From IMG/VR virus record IMGVR_UViG_3300048575_000415, positions 1 to 42,799 of that record: 42,799 nucleotides of DNA; one strand, 5' to 3'. Under the pieces are notes generated by a model, which worked only from the letters and a program-made list of their open reading frames with translations, searched no databases and had not been told where the DNA came from. Below, piece by piece: positions 25,392 to 34,280 of this stretch. Origin of the DNA: a virus. Taxonomy: Duplodnaviria > Caudoviricetes. Position 1 is the first letter of the stretch. Every line of letters starts with the position of its first letter. The position numbers and the translations under genes are program-made.

Positions 25392-27512
25392 TTATGGACG
25401 CAAATCACCGGCATTGTCATGTGGCTCAGTATCCCCAACCGCGGCGCTCAGGTGGCGATATATGAACTCAGACAGCTTGTGGCGCAGCCACTCAAGAGCT
25501 GTGCCGGCGCCCCTATACTTCAAAGTGTCTAGGGCGGAGATCAGGTTCACCCCTCCCAGCATATATTTAACAACGCTTTCAAATGCCGTTTTCGATGAAA
25601 GACCAGCCAAGTCGACTATTATCAGGACAGCGAAAGCCACTAGCAGTGCAATTCTTATGAAATTAACAATCCACGCAGACGCCTGATTAGAGCGCTTTCG
25701 CAGAAGTTCTTCGGTTTTGGTGCGCATTGAATGACGCTCGTCCGCGCGCCCTTTAGCTTCGCCGCGCGACAACTCTTCTGAAATTCGCCGAGCAGCCACC
25801 AGCTCTGCGCGTTTCAGTTCCTCTGCTTTGTCATGCTCAAACGAAGCAAGCTGCGCTGCACGTTCCTCTGAGGCGCGCCGCGATGCCCCCTCTTCGGCTT
25901 CAGCAGCCTGCCGAAATAGCTCAGCCACATTCAATTTTCTCAGCACAAGCGGCTGATTGAGCGACTCATCTCTGGCTACGTTTCTGGCCGTGTTGAGAAA
26001 TAGCATGGCATTGGCACGATCGGATACAAACTGGGGATTCTCCTCACTAAACCCTTTTAATACCTGAGCAAACTCATCGGCCCATGCCTCAGATGGTTGC
26101 ACTGCCGCATAACACGCGGCAAGAAGCTCCTTGCTCACCCTGTGCACTTCGAGTGTTTTCGTGGCCGTAATCCATGCCGCAGTCGTTATCTGACTCATCG
26201 TAAGGACTGGCGGCATCGAGCTGCTATCATACAAGTCAGTATGTTCCTTCACAAACTCTCGTGAGACGCGCTGCAACAACGAGTTTTTGGATACAAATAT
26301 ATGATGCGACTTTCCGATACTTGATTCTGCCCTTCCTCTTCTCAGCCTCACGACGAGTGCTACTACCTTGGCGTCATTGGTCGCGTTCTGCTCACTATAC
26401 CCGCGTTCGTTGACAAGTGCGGCAGACTTTAAGGCTTCGGCGAGCGCTCTCTCGTCGATCTGGAAGTAATCCTCGCTCTTCTTTTTACTGTACTGATACT
26501 CAAATAAGAATACGTTTAAAGATGCCAGACGCGATTCAAATGTTCCTGCTAGATCCTTGATTTGGCCTATGGAAATTTCTCCATGATGAAGTGCATCGGC
26601 CGTCTCCCCAAATATCTCTTTTCCACGAGTGTAGGCCCCCTCTAGGCTGTCGAGTATGCTTTGCACCTCTGACGCAGTCGGCGCGAAGTAGTAAGTTTTG
26701 CAGCCAAGGCTTTGTAGTGTTGAATTCATCTCTATAGTGGCAGCTCGGAGCAAAGATCCGGAAGTTCCGAGGAGCCGCAATAGAACTGATGTATCATAGT
26801 ATACAGAAAGTCCTTTGAAGGAGTCAGGACTTCCTACTTCCTGTATATTTGATATAAAGTCCTCGATTAGAACCCCCGAAAATACCTTTGTGATATCAGA
26901 AAACGTCTCAGGATCTTGCTTCTCGATAGTTTGTACAAACCTTGCAATCAGAAATATCTCTACCTCTGCAGGATTCCCCACCATTACGTCTCGGACGACA
27001 GTGGCGTTGACTGCCCGTATCGCTTCCCTTGCGCTTTCGGAACGAAGAAAGTTGATAAGGGCGTCACTCCAAGTTTGAGAAGCGGGGGGCTTTGCGACGC
27101 CATGTCGTCCCGCAAAGTCTGCCAGCTTTTCCTCAAGTGTATCAAAACTACTCGAAAGAGTAGGTAAATCGTAATCACCCTGCTGGCTTAAGGCCGTCGT
27201 GGGAAGTAGCGCCCGCGCAACACTGTTCCACTCTAGAAGACCGCGCCTCTGCATCCTTGAGAGGATCTGATCCACGGCATAAACAGGAACGCTCAGGCCA
27301 AGCCCAGCTAGCCCATCCGCAATTGCCCGGTGTTCCACTGGATGGACACCACCGTCACGGGCCACAACCGAGAGGACGAACGGTTGCAGACAGTCGAGGA
27401 GGTCGCTGACATCGTTTCGGACGTTGAGCGTCGCCGTCAAATACGCGTATGCCCTAACAGTCCGATCGGCTTCGCTATACCCGAGAAGTTGGTCGATTGC
27501 TTTACTCGCCAT
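25392..27512 (-). CDS. ~706-aa accessory protein: PIN-like domain, coiled coil, C-terminal TM helices
   Basis: ATG at 27512 after GGAGAG. YYDTSVLL, NDAKVV and FVSKN segments resemble PIN-domain motifs; E/R/A-rich coiled coil; hydrophobic IALLVAFAVLIIVDL. Lower GC and antisense. The ORF is solid; the fold is inferred. Confidence 0.7.
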   Translation of the reverse strand: MASKAIDQLLGYSEADRTVRAYAYLTATLNVRNDVSDLLDCLQPFVLSVVARDGGVHPVEHRAIADGLAGLGLSVPVYAVDQILSRMQRRGLLEWNSVARALLPTTALSQQGDYDLPTLSSSFDTLEEKLADFAGRHGVAKPPASQTWSDALINFLRSESAREAIRAVNATVVRDVMVGNPAEVEIFLIARFVQTIEKQDPETFSDITKVFSGVLIEDFISNIQEVGSPDSFKGLSVYYDTSVLLRLLGTSGSLLRAATIEMNSTLQSLGCKTYYFAPTASEVQSILDSLEGAYTRGKEIFGETADALHHGEISIGQIKDLAGTFESRLASLNVFLFEYQYSKKKSEDYFQIDERALAEALKSAALVNERGYSEQNATNDAKVVALVVRLRRGRAESSIGKSHHIFVSKNSLLQRVSREFVKEHTDLYDSSSMPPVLTMSQITTAAWITATKTLEVHRVSKELLAACYAAVQPSEAWADEFAQVLKGFSEENPQFVSDRANAMLFLNTARNVARDESLNQPLVLRKLNVAELFRQAAEAEEGASRRASEERAAQLASFEHDKAEELKRAELVAARRISEELSRGEAKGRADERHSMRTKTEELLRKRSNQASAWIVNFIRIALLVAFAVLIIVDLAGLSSKTAFESVVKYMLGGVNLISALDTLKYRGAGTALEWLRHKLSEFIYRHLSAAVGDTEPHDNAGDLRP

Positions 27513-27655
27513 AGCTCTCCCTCGACTCCCGATGCAACGCTGCTGCGCCAGCGTGGTAGTGGCGCACCCCAGTGTCAACGAGAACTTGTCCATAGGGGGC
27601 CGATACCTAGTATCCTCCCGGACAGGCCAGACCGAAATTTGCCTAAGGTTGCTGT

Positions 27656-27690
27656 CGGTGCAGTGCGTCGCTCACCGGCTCCCGTACCAT
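27656..27690 (+). promoter_or_regulatory. Putative late promoter (CGGTGCAGTG-N19-TACCAT), likely leaderless transcript
   Basis: The -10 box ends 6 nt before ATG 27697 and no Shine-Dalgarno is present. Confidence 0.6.
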
Positions 27691-27696
27691 CCCCGT

Positions 27697-28287
27697 ATGC
27701 CCCTCTACGACAAGCTGTCCGTCATCAACTCCGCGCTTACCCGCACCGGCGAGAACATCGTCGGCGTGGAGGGGGATGGCTCGCCAGAGTGGGTCACCAC
27801 CTCCGACGCCTACGAGACCGAACTGCCCCTGCTTATCGAGGCGCACGGCTGGGGCTTCGGTAAGACGACAGCGACGCTGGTGCGCACGGGCGCGTCGCCG
27901 ATCCCCGGCTTCTCCGACCGCTTCGCCAAGCCGGTCGGCTGTCTGCATGTGCTGCAGCTCTGGGTGAACGACCTACCCGTCGACTACGACCTCGCCGACA
28001 ACCAGATCCAGTGCTCGGCCGCCGGCGCGGCGCCAGTCGCTCTCTTCCTGCAGCGGCCCGCCGCGCCCGACCAATGGCCCGAAGGCTTCGTCGAGGTGCT
28101 GCGTCTCCGCGTGATGAGTTGGATCTATCGCGGCCTGAAGGAGGACCCGGCGACGGCTGAGCGCGTCTATGCGCAGTCGACCATGATGCTGAACGAGGCG
28201 CGGACGCGGGCGACGCAGGAGGTGCCGGCGAAGGCGCTGCGTGTGCAGCGGATGCGGATCGCCCGCAACACGCGGCGGGGGCTCTGA
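27697..28287 (+). CDS. Tail tubular protein A (adaptor)
   Basis: KLSVINSALTRTGE, HGWGF, KPVGCL and WPEGFVEVL motifs as in T7 gp11/P22 gp4-like adaptors. Confidence 0.8.
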   Translation: MPLYDKLSVINSALTRTGENIVGVEGDGSPEWVTTSDAYETELPLLIEAHGWGFGKTTATLVRTGASPIPGFSDRFAKPVGCLHVLQLWVNDLPVDYDLADNQIQCSAAGAAPVALFLQRPAAPDQWPEGFVEVLRLRVMSWIYRGLKEDPATAERVYAQSTMMLNEARTRATQEVPAKALRVQRMRIARNTRRGL

Positions 28288-30434
28288 TGCCCCAGTCGCA
28301 CATCGTCCGTCAGGTCGATTTTTCGGGCGGCGAACTGGACTCGACCGCCAAGCGCCGCGACGACACCGCGCAGGTCAGGGCCGGTGCGCGGCAGCTCTCC
28401 AACTGGCGCCTGCGCGCCGCCGGCGGCCCGACGCCGCGCCCCGGGCGGCAGGCGCTGTTCCCGTCCTCGGCTCGTCGCACCGAGACCATCCGTCTGCCCG
28501 GCGACCTGACCTTCAGCCTGACCTTCGGTGCGGGAACGCTGACCATCCGCGATGCCGCCGACGTGACCGTCGGAAGCCAAGCCGGCTATCCCTGGACGCT
28601 CGCCTCCGTCGCGCGGATCTCGTTCGCCGTCGTGAACCGCGACGTGCTGATGTGCTTCCCCGGCATGAAGCCCAAGCTCGCGCGGCGGGACACTTCCGGC
28701 GTCTGGAGTTTCTTCGACTTCGCCTTCGACACTGGCTACCAGAACGAGCTGCGCGCGCCGTTCTACCGCTTCCCCGAGACGCGCGGTATCACGCTGACGC
28801 CGTCGGCGCGGTCAGGCACGATCACGCTGACCGCCTCGGCCGCGGTGTTCCAGCCGGGCCATGTCGGCACGGTGTTCCGCTACAAGGGCTGCCAGATGAC
28901 GATCACGGCGGTGGCGAGCGCGACTGTCGCCTCGGCCACCGTCCTGCAGCAGCTTCCACCGGCGCAGACGCTGACGGTCGCCTCGACCGATGGCTTCTTC
29001 GTCGGCCAGGTCGTGACCGGCAACACCTCCGGCGCCACCGGCGAGGTCACGGCCGTCGGTTCGGGCACCGTCACCATTCAGCTCAAGTCCATCTACACCG
29101 GCTTCTCCAACGAGACGATTGTCTCGCCGACCAGCCGCACGACGGTGTCGGGCGTTGCCGCCGCAGCACTGCAGCCGTCGGTCGAGTGGGACGAGATCGC
29201 CGTCTCGGACTACCGCGGCTGGCCGGCGGCGTGCCTGTTCGACCGCTCGCGCATCACCTTCATGGACCTGCCGCAGATCCCCGAGGGCATCGTCTGGTCC
29301 GCCATCGCCTCCTACGGCGACTTCTATGTCGGGTCGGATGCCGACAAGGCCATCTTCGAGCTGGTGCCCGGTCGCGCCCGCGTCCTCGCCATGAGCGGCG
29401 GGCCGGACCAGTTCGTGTTCACGGATCAGGGCGTGTTCTTCGTGCCGATCTCGGACTCGTCGCCGCTGGCGCCGGGCTCGGTGCAGTTCGTCCGGATCAC
29501 GTCGGACGGCGCCGGTGCCGTGGCTCCGGTCGCGACCTCCGAAGGTATCCTCTACGTCAACGCGGCGCTCACCCGCGTCATTGCCATCGTCCAGACCGGC
29601 CAGCAGACTCGGCCCTATATCGCGCAGGACACGACCGAACTCTGCGCGCACCTGGTGAAGTCGCCGATCTGCCTGGCGTCGCTTGCCGGCGACCTCGGCT
29701 TCCCGGAGCGCTACGCCATCCTGGTCAACGCCGACGGCACCGTCGCGGTCGGACGGTTCGCCGATAGCGGCACGGGCAAGCGCTGGGTCGGCTGGGTGCC
29801 GTGGTCGGGCGCCGGCCTGGTGCGCTGGGTGTCGTCGCTGGCCGAGCGCACCCTGTTCAGCGTCGACTATGTTGGCGCCGCGACCGTATCCCTCGTCGAG
29901 CTGCTCGACGACAGCGAGGACATGGACGGCGTGGTCGCCTTGAACGCGGTGCCGACGCAGCTCGCCGGCGGCGCGGGCGTCGGGCCGCTGTGGATGTGGG
30001 CCGGACTCACCGTCGATCTCATCGACAACGGTCGCGACCTCGGCACGCGCCAGGTCGACGCCGCCGGCCATATCGTCAAGGTGCAGGGCGACGACTTTTC
30101 CGCCGCGACCATCCGTGTCGGTCAGGCGTTCCGGGCGGTGTTGGAGCCGTTCGTGCCGCATGTCGCCGAGGGTCAGGATCTCGGCCAGACCATGCGGCGC
30201 CGGAAGCTGAAGCGCGCGGCCGTTACCGTCGCGCACTCGACCGGCTTCCAGTGGGGCAATCGCTCGATCCCGGCCGTCGCGTGGGGTGAGGAAGGCGGCG
30301 TCGCGCCCATCCCGCGCGAGGAGACCTATCGCTTTCGCTCTCTCGGCAGCTCGTTCGATCCGCGCGACGCCCTCGTCGTCGACCGTCCCGGCTCCATCGA
30401 CATCCTTGAGGTCGGCCTGGAGGTCACCGTCTGA
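28287..30434 (+). CDS. Tail tubular protein B (nozzle)
   Basis: 715 aa, beta-rich. QVDFSGGEL, GGPTPRPG and GWPAACLFDRSR motifs; follows tube A. Confidence 0.8.
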   Translation: MPQSHIVRQVDFSGGELDSTAKRRDDTAQVRAGARQLSNWRLRAAGGPTPRPGRQALFPSSARRTETIRLPGDLTFSLTFGAGTLTIRDAADVTVGSQAGYPWTLASVARISFAVVNRDVLMCFPGMKPKLARRDTSGVWSFFDFAFDTGYQNELRAPFYRFPETRGITLTPSARSGTITLTASAAVFQPGHVGTVFRYKGCQMTITAVASATVASATVLQQLPPAQTLTVASTDGFFVGQVVTGNTSGATGEVTAVGSGTVTIQLKSIYTGFSNETIVSPTSRTTVSGVAAAALQPSVEWDEIAVSDYRGWPAACLFDRSRITFMDLPQIPEGIVWSAIASYGDFYVGSDADKAIFELVPGRARVLAMSGGPDQFVFTDQGVFFVPISDSSPLAPGSVQFVRITSDGAGAVAPVATSEGILYVNAALTRVIAIVQTGQQTRPYIAQDTTELCAHLVKSPICLASLAGDLGFPERYAILVNADGTVAVGRFADSGTGKRWVGWVPWSGAGLVRWVSSLAERTLFSVDYVGAATVSLVELLDDSEDMDGVVALNAVPTQLAGGAGVGPLWMWAGLTVDLIDNGRDLGTRQVDAAGHIVKVQGDDFSAATIRVGQAFRAVLEPFVPHVAEGQDLGQTMRRRKLKRAAVTVAHSTGFQWGNRSIPAVAWGEEGGVAPIPREETYRFRSLGSSFDPRDALVVDRPGSIDILEVGLEVTV

Positions 30435-30889
30435 TGCAGGCGCTCTCCATCGGCTCCCTGGCGCTCGGCGCGGCGTCGACCATGTCGCAGGCGAGCAGCA
30501 ACGCCGCCGGCGCCAAGCACTCGGCGCAGCAGGCCGTCTATTCGGCGCAGGCGTCGCGCATCAACGCCAACGAGACCGACGCCTATTACCGCGACGATCT
30601 CCGCAAGACGCTCGCCAACATCGACGCGATCCGCGCCAGTGCCGGCATGGTGGATTCGCCCACCTCCGCGGCAATCGCCGACGAGAACACCCGCGTGTCC
30701 GACGAACAGCGCGTCGCCAAGGTGACGAGCCTGCAGGCGCAGGCGCGGCAGAGCGACGCCGACGCCAAGTTCTACCAGTCGGCCGCCCGCTCCTACATGG
30801 CTAACGGCTTCCTCACGGCTGGGGCCGGTCTCGCCGGCGGCGCGGTCAAATCGCCCTACGTCTCCTCCTGGATCAAATCGTCGTTCTGA
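30434..30889 (+). CDS. Small internal virion (ejection) protein
   Basis: Ala/Gln-rich helical protein with hydrophobic ends; position after tail tube B. Confidence 0.65.
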   Translation: MQALSIGSLALGAASTMSQASSNAAGAKHSAQQAVYSAQASRINANETDAYYRDDLRKTLANIDAIRASAGMVDSPTSAAIADENTRVSDEQRVAKVTSLQAQARQSDADAKFYQSAARSYMANGFLTAGAGLAGGAVKSPYVSSWIKSSF

Positions 30890-30899
30890 GGCGCGCCCC

Positions 30900-33800
30900 A
30901 TGAAGCTCCCGCAGGTCTCTGCCGCTCCCGCTCTGGTGACGGCGCCGAAGTCGGCTGTTGGTGCTGGTGACTATCAGCGCCGGGGCGCGGCCACGGCCGG
31001 CACGCTCGGCGCCGTCAGCGATCTCCTCGACAGCGTGTCCGTGCCGATGGCGCAGGAACAGGCGCGGCGCGACGCCATGGCCGAGGCGGATATCACCCGC
31101 AGCGAGGACGGCTCGCTCACCGTCCAGCCGCGGCGTGACCCCATGCTGGTCGGCAAGGCCGCCGACGCCTATGCCCGCACGCACGAGGTTGCCTTCGAGA
31201 CGGCGCTGCGCAACACCGCCAACACCGCGCTGCAGGACCTCGCGAACAAGACCTGGCTGCCGGCCGATCAGGGCGGCGGCGACGGTGATCCCGACTGGTT
31301 CGAGAAGCAGGCCAACCAGTACGTCACCGGCATCGCCGAGAAGCAGCACGGCAACCAGCTCGCCGTGCAGGAGGAAGGCAACCGGATCGCCGGCGAATAC
31401 CTGCGCAATCTGCGCCAGAAGAAGGCGGCGATGGACGCGCAAGGCGCCAAGGCGACGCTCGACGAGCGCATGGCACGCCTGGAAGACGACCTCTCCAACC
31501 TCGCCTTCTCCGGCGTGCAGGGCGACGCCTTCACCGCCAAGCTGACCGAGCTGGAGACGCTGCGCCAGACCAAGGCGTCCGATCCGCGCATGGGCTACGC
31601 CGCCGAGGCGGCGAAGCGGGATTCCGAGCTGCTGAAGCGCGACCTCGGCGCCCAGGCGATCATCGGCGCGGCGCGGCGGGACTATCAGACCGACTGGAAC
31701 CTGCAGCGCGTGCAGCAGGACGCCGAGAAGAAGCTGACCGAGCTCGGCCTGCCCCCGCGCGAGATGCTGAAGTACATGGGCGAGGTCAACACGCACCTGC
31801 GCAGTACCGACGCGGCGATCCAGCAGCACCGCGCCGAGCTGACAGCGGAGGCGGATTCGCTCGTCGAGCGCATGAAGACGTCGCGCACGACCGACGATCG
31901 ATCGGTGAACGAGCTGCAGGATCGGCTGCGCTCGTCGCGGCTCTACGCCAAGGCGGCGCAGTTGGAGGCGCAGCGCGCGACGAACGCTCTATTGCCGGTG
32001 ATCAGCACCGGCCCGGCCAGCGCGGCGGCAGAAGCGCTTGGCCGCGTGCGCGGTGGGCAGCCGGTGACGTTGCCGGCAGGCTCCCTGATGGGACAGCCCT
32101 ACACCGGCTCTCCGCAGATGAGCGCGCAGCAGGTTCGCGACCTGGCGCAGCACGAGGTCGAGGTGCAGGGGCTGGTCGGCACTGTGCCGATCGACGGTCC
32201 GAAGTTCGGCATCAAGACCGGGTCGGCCGCCGAATGGGCCGCGTTCATGACGCGGATCTCGAACGCCGAGAGCAGCCACAACAACGGCGACACGTACGTC
32301 GAGAGCTTCAAGCACGACGGCAAGAATGTCGTCTCGCGCGGGCTCTACTCGCTCTCGGAGCACGACGCGCCTAACTACGGCCTCAACGAGGGCCAGTACT
32401 TCACGCCGCAGCAGCTCGCCAACCCGAACGTGAACACGGCGGCAGCGGTCGCCATCATCAAGAAGCTGGTCCAGGACGGCGGCACCATCCAGGGCAGCAT
32501 CGGGCGGTACTGGAGCACGGTGCGCGACGGAACCGTGCTGCGCAAGGGCCCCGGCGGCCAGACGACAACCGGACCCGGCCCGCGTAGGCAGCCGGAGCCG
32601 TTGCAGTCGACGCCATACTCCGACAACCCGGTGTTCAAGGCGACGGTCGCCGATCTGCAGAAGGAATATGACGCCCGCTTCAAGACGCTGTGGGGCAAGA
32701 TGGACAGCGCCTGGGGTGCCGGACGACAGCCGAGCCAGGCCGAGGTGAACGACCTCGCGACGCTGCTCCCGCTGGTCAGCGATCCCGACGTCCGCCGCAC
32801 CGTCGGCGAGCGCCTGGCGGTAGAGGGCGCTAAGGCGTCGTCGAACGGCCTCGACATGACCAGCCTCGGCGAAGCGGTGCGCGTCGGCGAAACCCGCGCC
32901 GCGACCGGCGAGGCGTCGCCGTTGGAACGTCAGATCGCCGACGGCCTCGCCGATCAGCAGAAGCGCCGCGCCGCGATCCTCGACGGCCACCCGGCGGATT
33001 ACAGCCAGGTCTATCTGGATCCGAAAGCGACGGGTGTTCGGCTGGGCGCGCTGCCGCTCGACACCGCCGAGACGTTCGCCGCCGGGCTGCAGGCGCGGCA
33101 GCAGGCCGTCGAGCTGGTGAAGCGGCAGGAGCCGACCGCCGGCGCCAATCCCTTGCGCGCCGGCGAAGCCACGAACTTGGCGAAGCTGTTGCCGAACGCC
33201 CCGGGCGGCCAGGCCGCAACCTATGTGCAGACGCTCGCCGAGACGCTGAAGCCGGAGCAGCTCGCCGCCGCCCTGATGGCCGAGAACAAGGCCCTCGCCG
33301 TCGCGGTCAAGGGCATGGCGATGTCGGGCGACCCGGTGAAGATGTCCGCCGCCTTCGCGTTGATGGACCGCGTCGACCGCGACAACCCCGATCGGCTCGT
33401 CAGCACCTTCGGCGAGGACAGCCAGAAGTCCCTCGACGTCTGGAACGCCAAGACCCAGTTCCGGGCCGCCGACGTGGTGGCGAAGGAGATGATGGCCCGC
33501 AACGAGCCGTCGGCCGTCGCGGCGCGCAAGGTGCTGGAGGAGGACGCGCACCGGCTGGTGTTCGGCAAGGATGGCTCGGGCGGCATGACCGCCGCCGATA
33601 TCGCCGGCCAGTTCGACACCTCGCTCGGCGGCGTCAAGCCGAACGCCTGGCTCCTGCCGGAGTCCATGACGCCGGCGTTGGAACAGGGCATGCTCCGGCA
33701 GGACTTTGCGCGCCAGTTCGCCGCCTATTACGCCGAGGTCGGCGACAAGGATCAGGCGGCGGCACTCGCCGCCAAGCGCATCGGACAGGTCTGGGGCGTC

Positions 33801-34280
33801 TCGCCGGCCAACGGCGGCCGCATCATGCGCTATCCGCCGGAGAGCCGGCTGAAGGACGTCAACGGCTCCAAGGACTATGTCCGCGAGCAGCTCTATGCCG
33901 ACATGACGCCCGTCCTGCAGGCCATGGGCACGAAGTTCCAGGCGTCGACCTATCGCGGCGTCGAGATGCCGTTCGGCAGCGCCGGATCGTCCCCGAGCTT
34001 CGTGCTGGTTGCCGACGACAAGACGAAGGCCGACATCGGCGCCGGCCGGGCACCATCCTATCAGGTCGTCGCCTTGCACGAGGGCGAACACGTCCTGGTG
34101 ACGAACGACAGGGGCGAGGCGCAGCGCTGGCGCCCGGATGAACAGGCCACGCTCGGCGCCGCGAATGCCAAGGCACTGGAGGTAAACGAGGTTCTTTCAC
34201 GTCGTCGGCAGTTCGATTCCATGTTCGGCCGTCATGGCGCGGGATCGCCCGCTTTCTACAATGCGCGAGGGGAACGCTGA
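30900..34280 (+). CDS. Internal virion protein with an embedded lytic transglycosylase-like domain
   Basis: 1126 aa, mostly helical. NAESSHN...SRGLYSLS...NPNVNTAAAVAII resembles SLT motifs I-III. Confidence 0.7.
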   Translation: MKLPQVSAAPALVTAPKSAVGAGDYQRRGAATAGTLGAVSDLLDSVSVPMAQEQARRDAMAEADITRSEDGSLTVQPRRDPMLVGKAADAYARTHEVAFETALRNTANTALQDLANKTWLPADQGGGDGDPDWFEKQANQYVTGIAEKQHGNQLAVQEEGNRIAGEYLRNLRQKKAAMDAQGAKATLDERMARLEDDLSNLAFSGVQGDAFTAKLTELETLRQTKASDPRMGYAAEAAKRDSELLKRDLGAQAIIGAARRDYQTDWNLQRVQQDAEKKLTELGLPPREMLKYMGEVNTHLRSTDAAIQQHRAELTAEADSLVERMKTSRTTDDRSVNELQDRLRSSRLYAKAAQLEAQRATNALLPVISTGPASAAAEALGRVRGGQPVTLPAGSLMGQPYTGSPQMSAQQVRDLAQHEVEVQGLVGTVPIDGPKFGIKTGSAAEWAAFMTRISNAESSHNNGDTYVESFKHDGKNVVSRGLYSLSEHDAPNYGLNEGQYFTPQQLANPNVNTAAAVAIIKKLVQDGGTIQGSIGRYWSTVRDGTVLRKGPGGQTTTGPGPRRQPEPLQSTPYSDNPVFKATVADLQKEYDARFKTLWGKMDSAWGAGRQPSQAEVNDLATLLPLVSDPDVRRTVGERLAVEGAKASSNGLDMTSLGEAVRVGETRAATGEASPLERQIADGLADQQKRRAAILDGHPADYSQVYLDPKATGVRLGALPLDTAETFAAGLQARQQAVELVKRQEPTAGANPLRAGEATNLAKLLPNAPGGQAATYVQTLAETLKPEQLAAALMAENKALAVAVKGMAMSGDPVKMSAAFALMDRVDRDNPDRLVSTFGEDSQKSLDVWNAKTQFRAADVVAKEMMARNEPSAVAARKVLEEDAHRLVFGKDGSGGMTAADIAGQFDTSLGGVKPNAWLLPESMTPALEQGMLRQDFARQFAAYYAEVGDKDQAAALAAKRIGQVWGVSPANGGRIMRYPPESRLKDVNGSKDYVREQLYADMTPVLQAMGTKFQASTYRGVEMPFGSAGSSPSFVLVADDKTKADIGAGRAPSYQVVALHEGEHVLVTNDRGEAQRWRPDEQATLGAANAKALEVNEVLSRRRQFDSMFGRHGAGSPAFYNARGER

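Noticed and set aside
25158-25532. 124-aa ORF after hxsC as a fifth Hxs gene
   Set aside because: It is the frameshifted read-through of the duplicated small phage gene and overlaps the 3' end of the antisense 706-aa gene.
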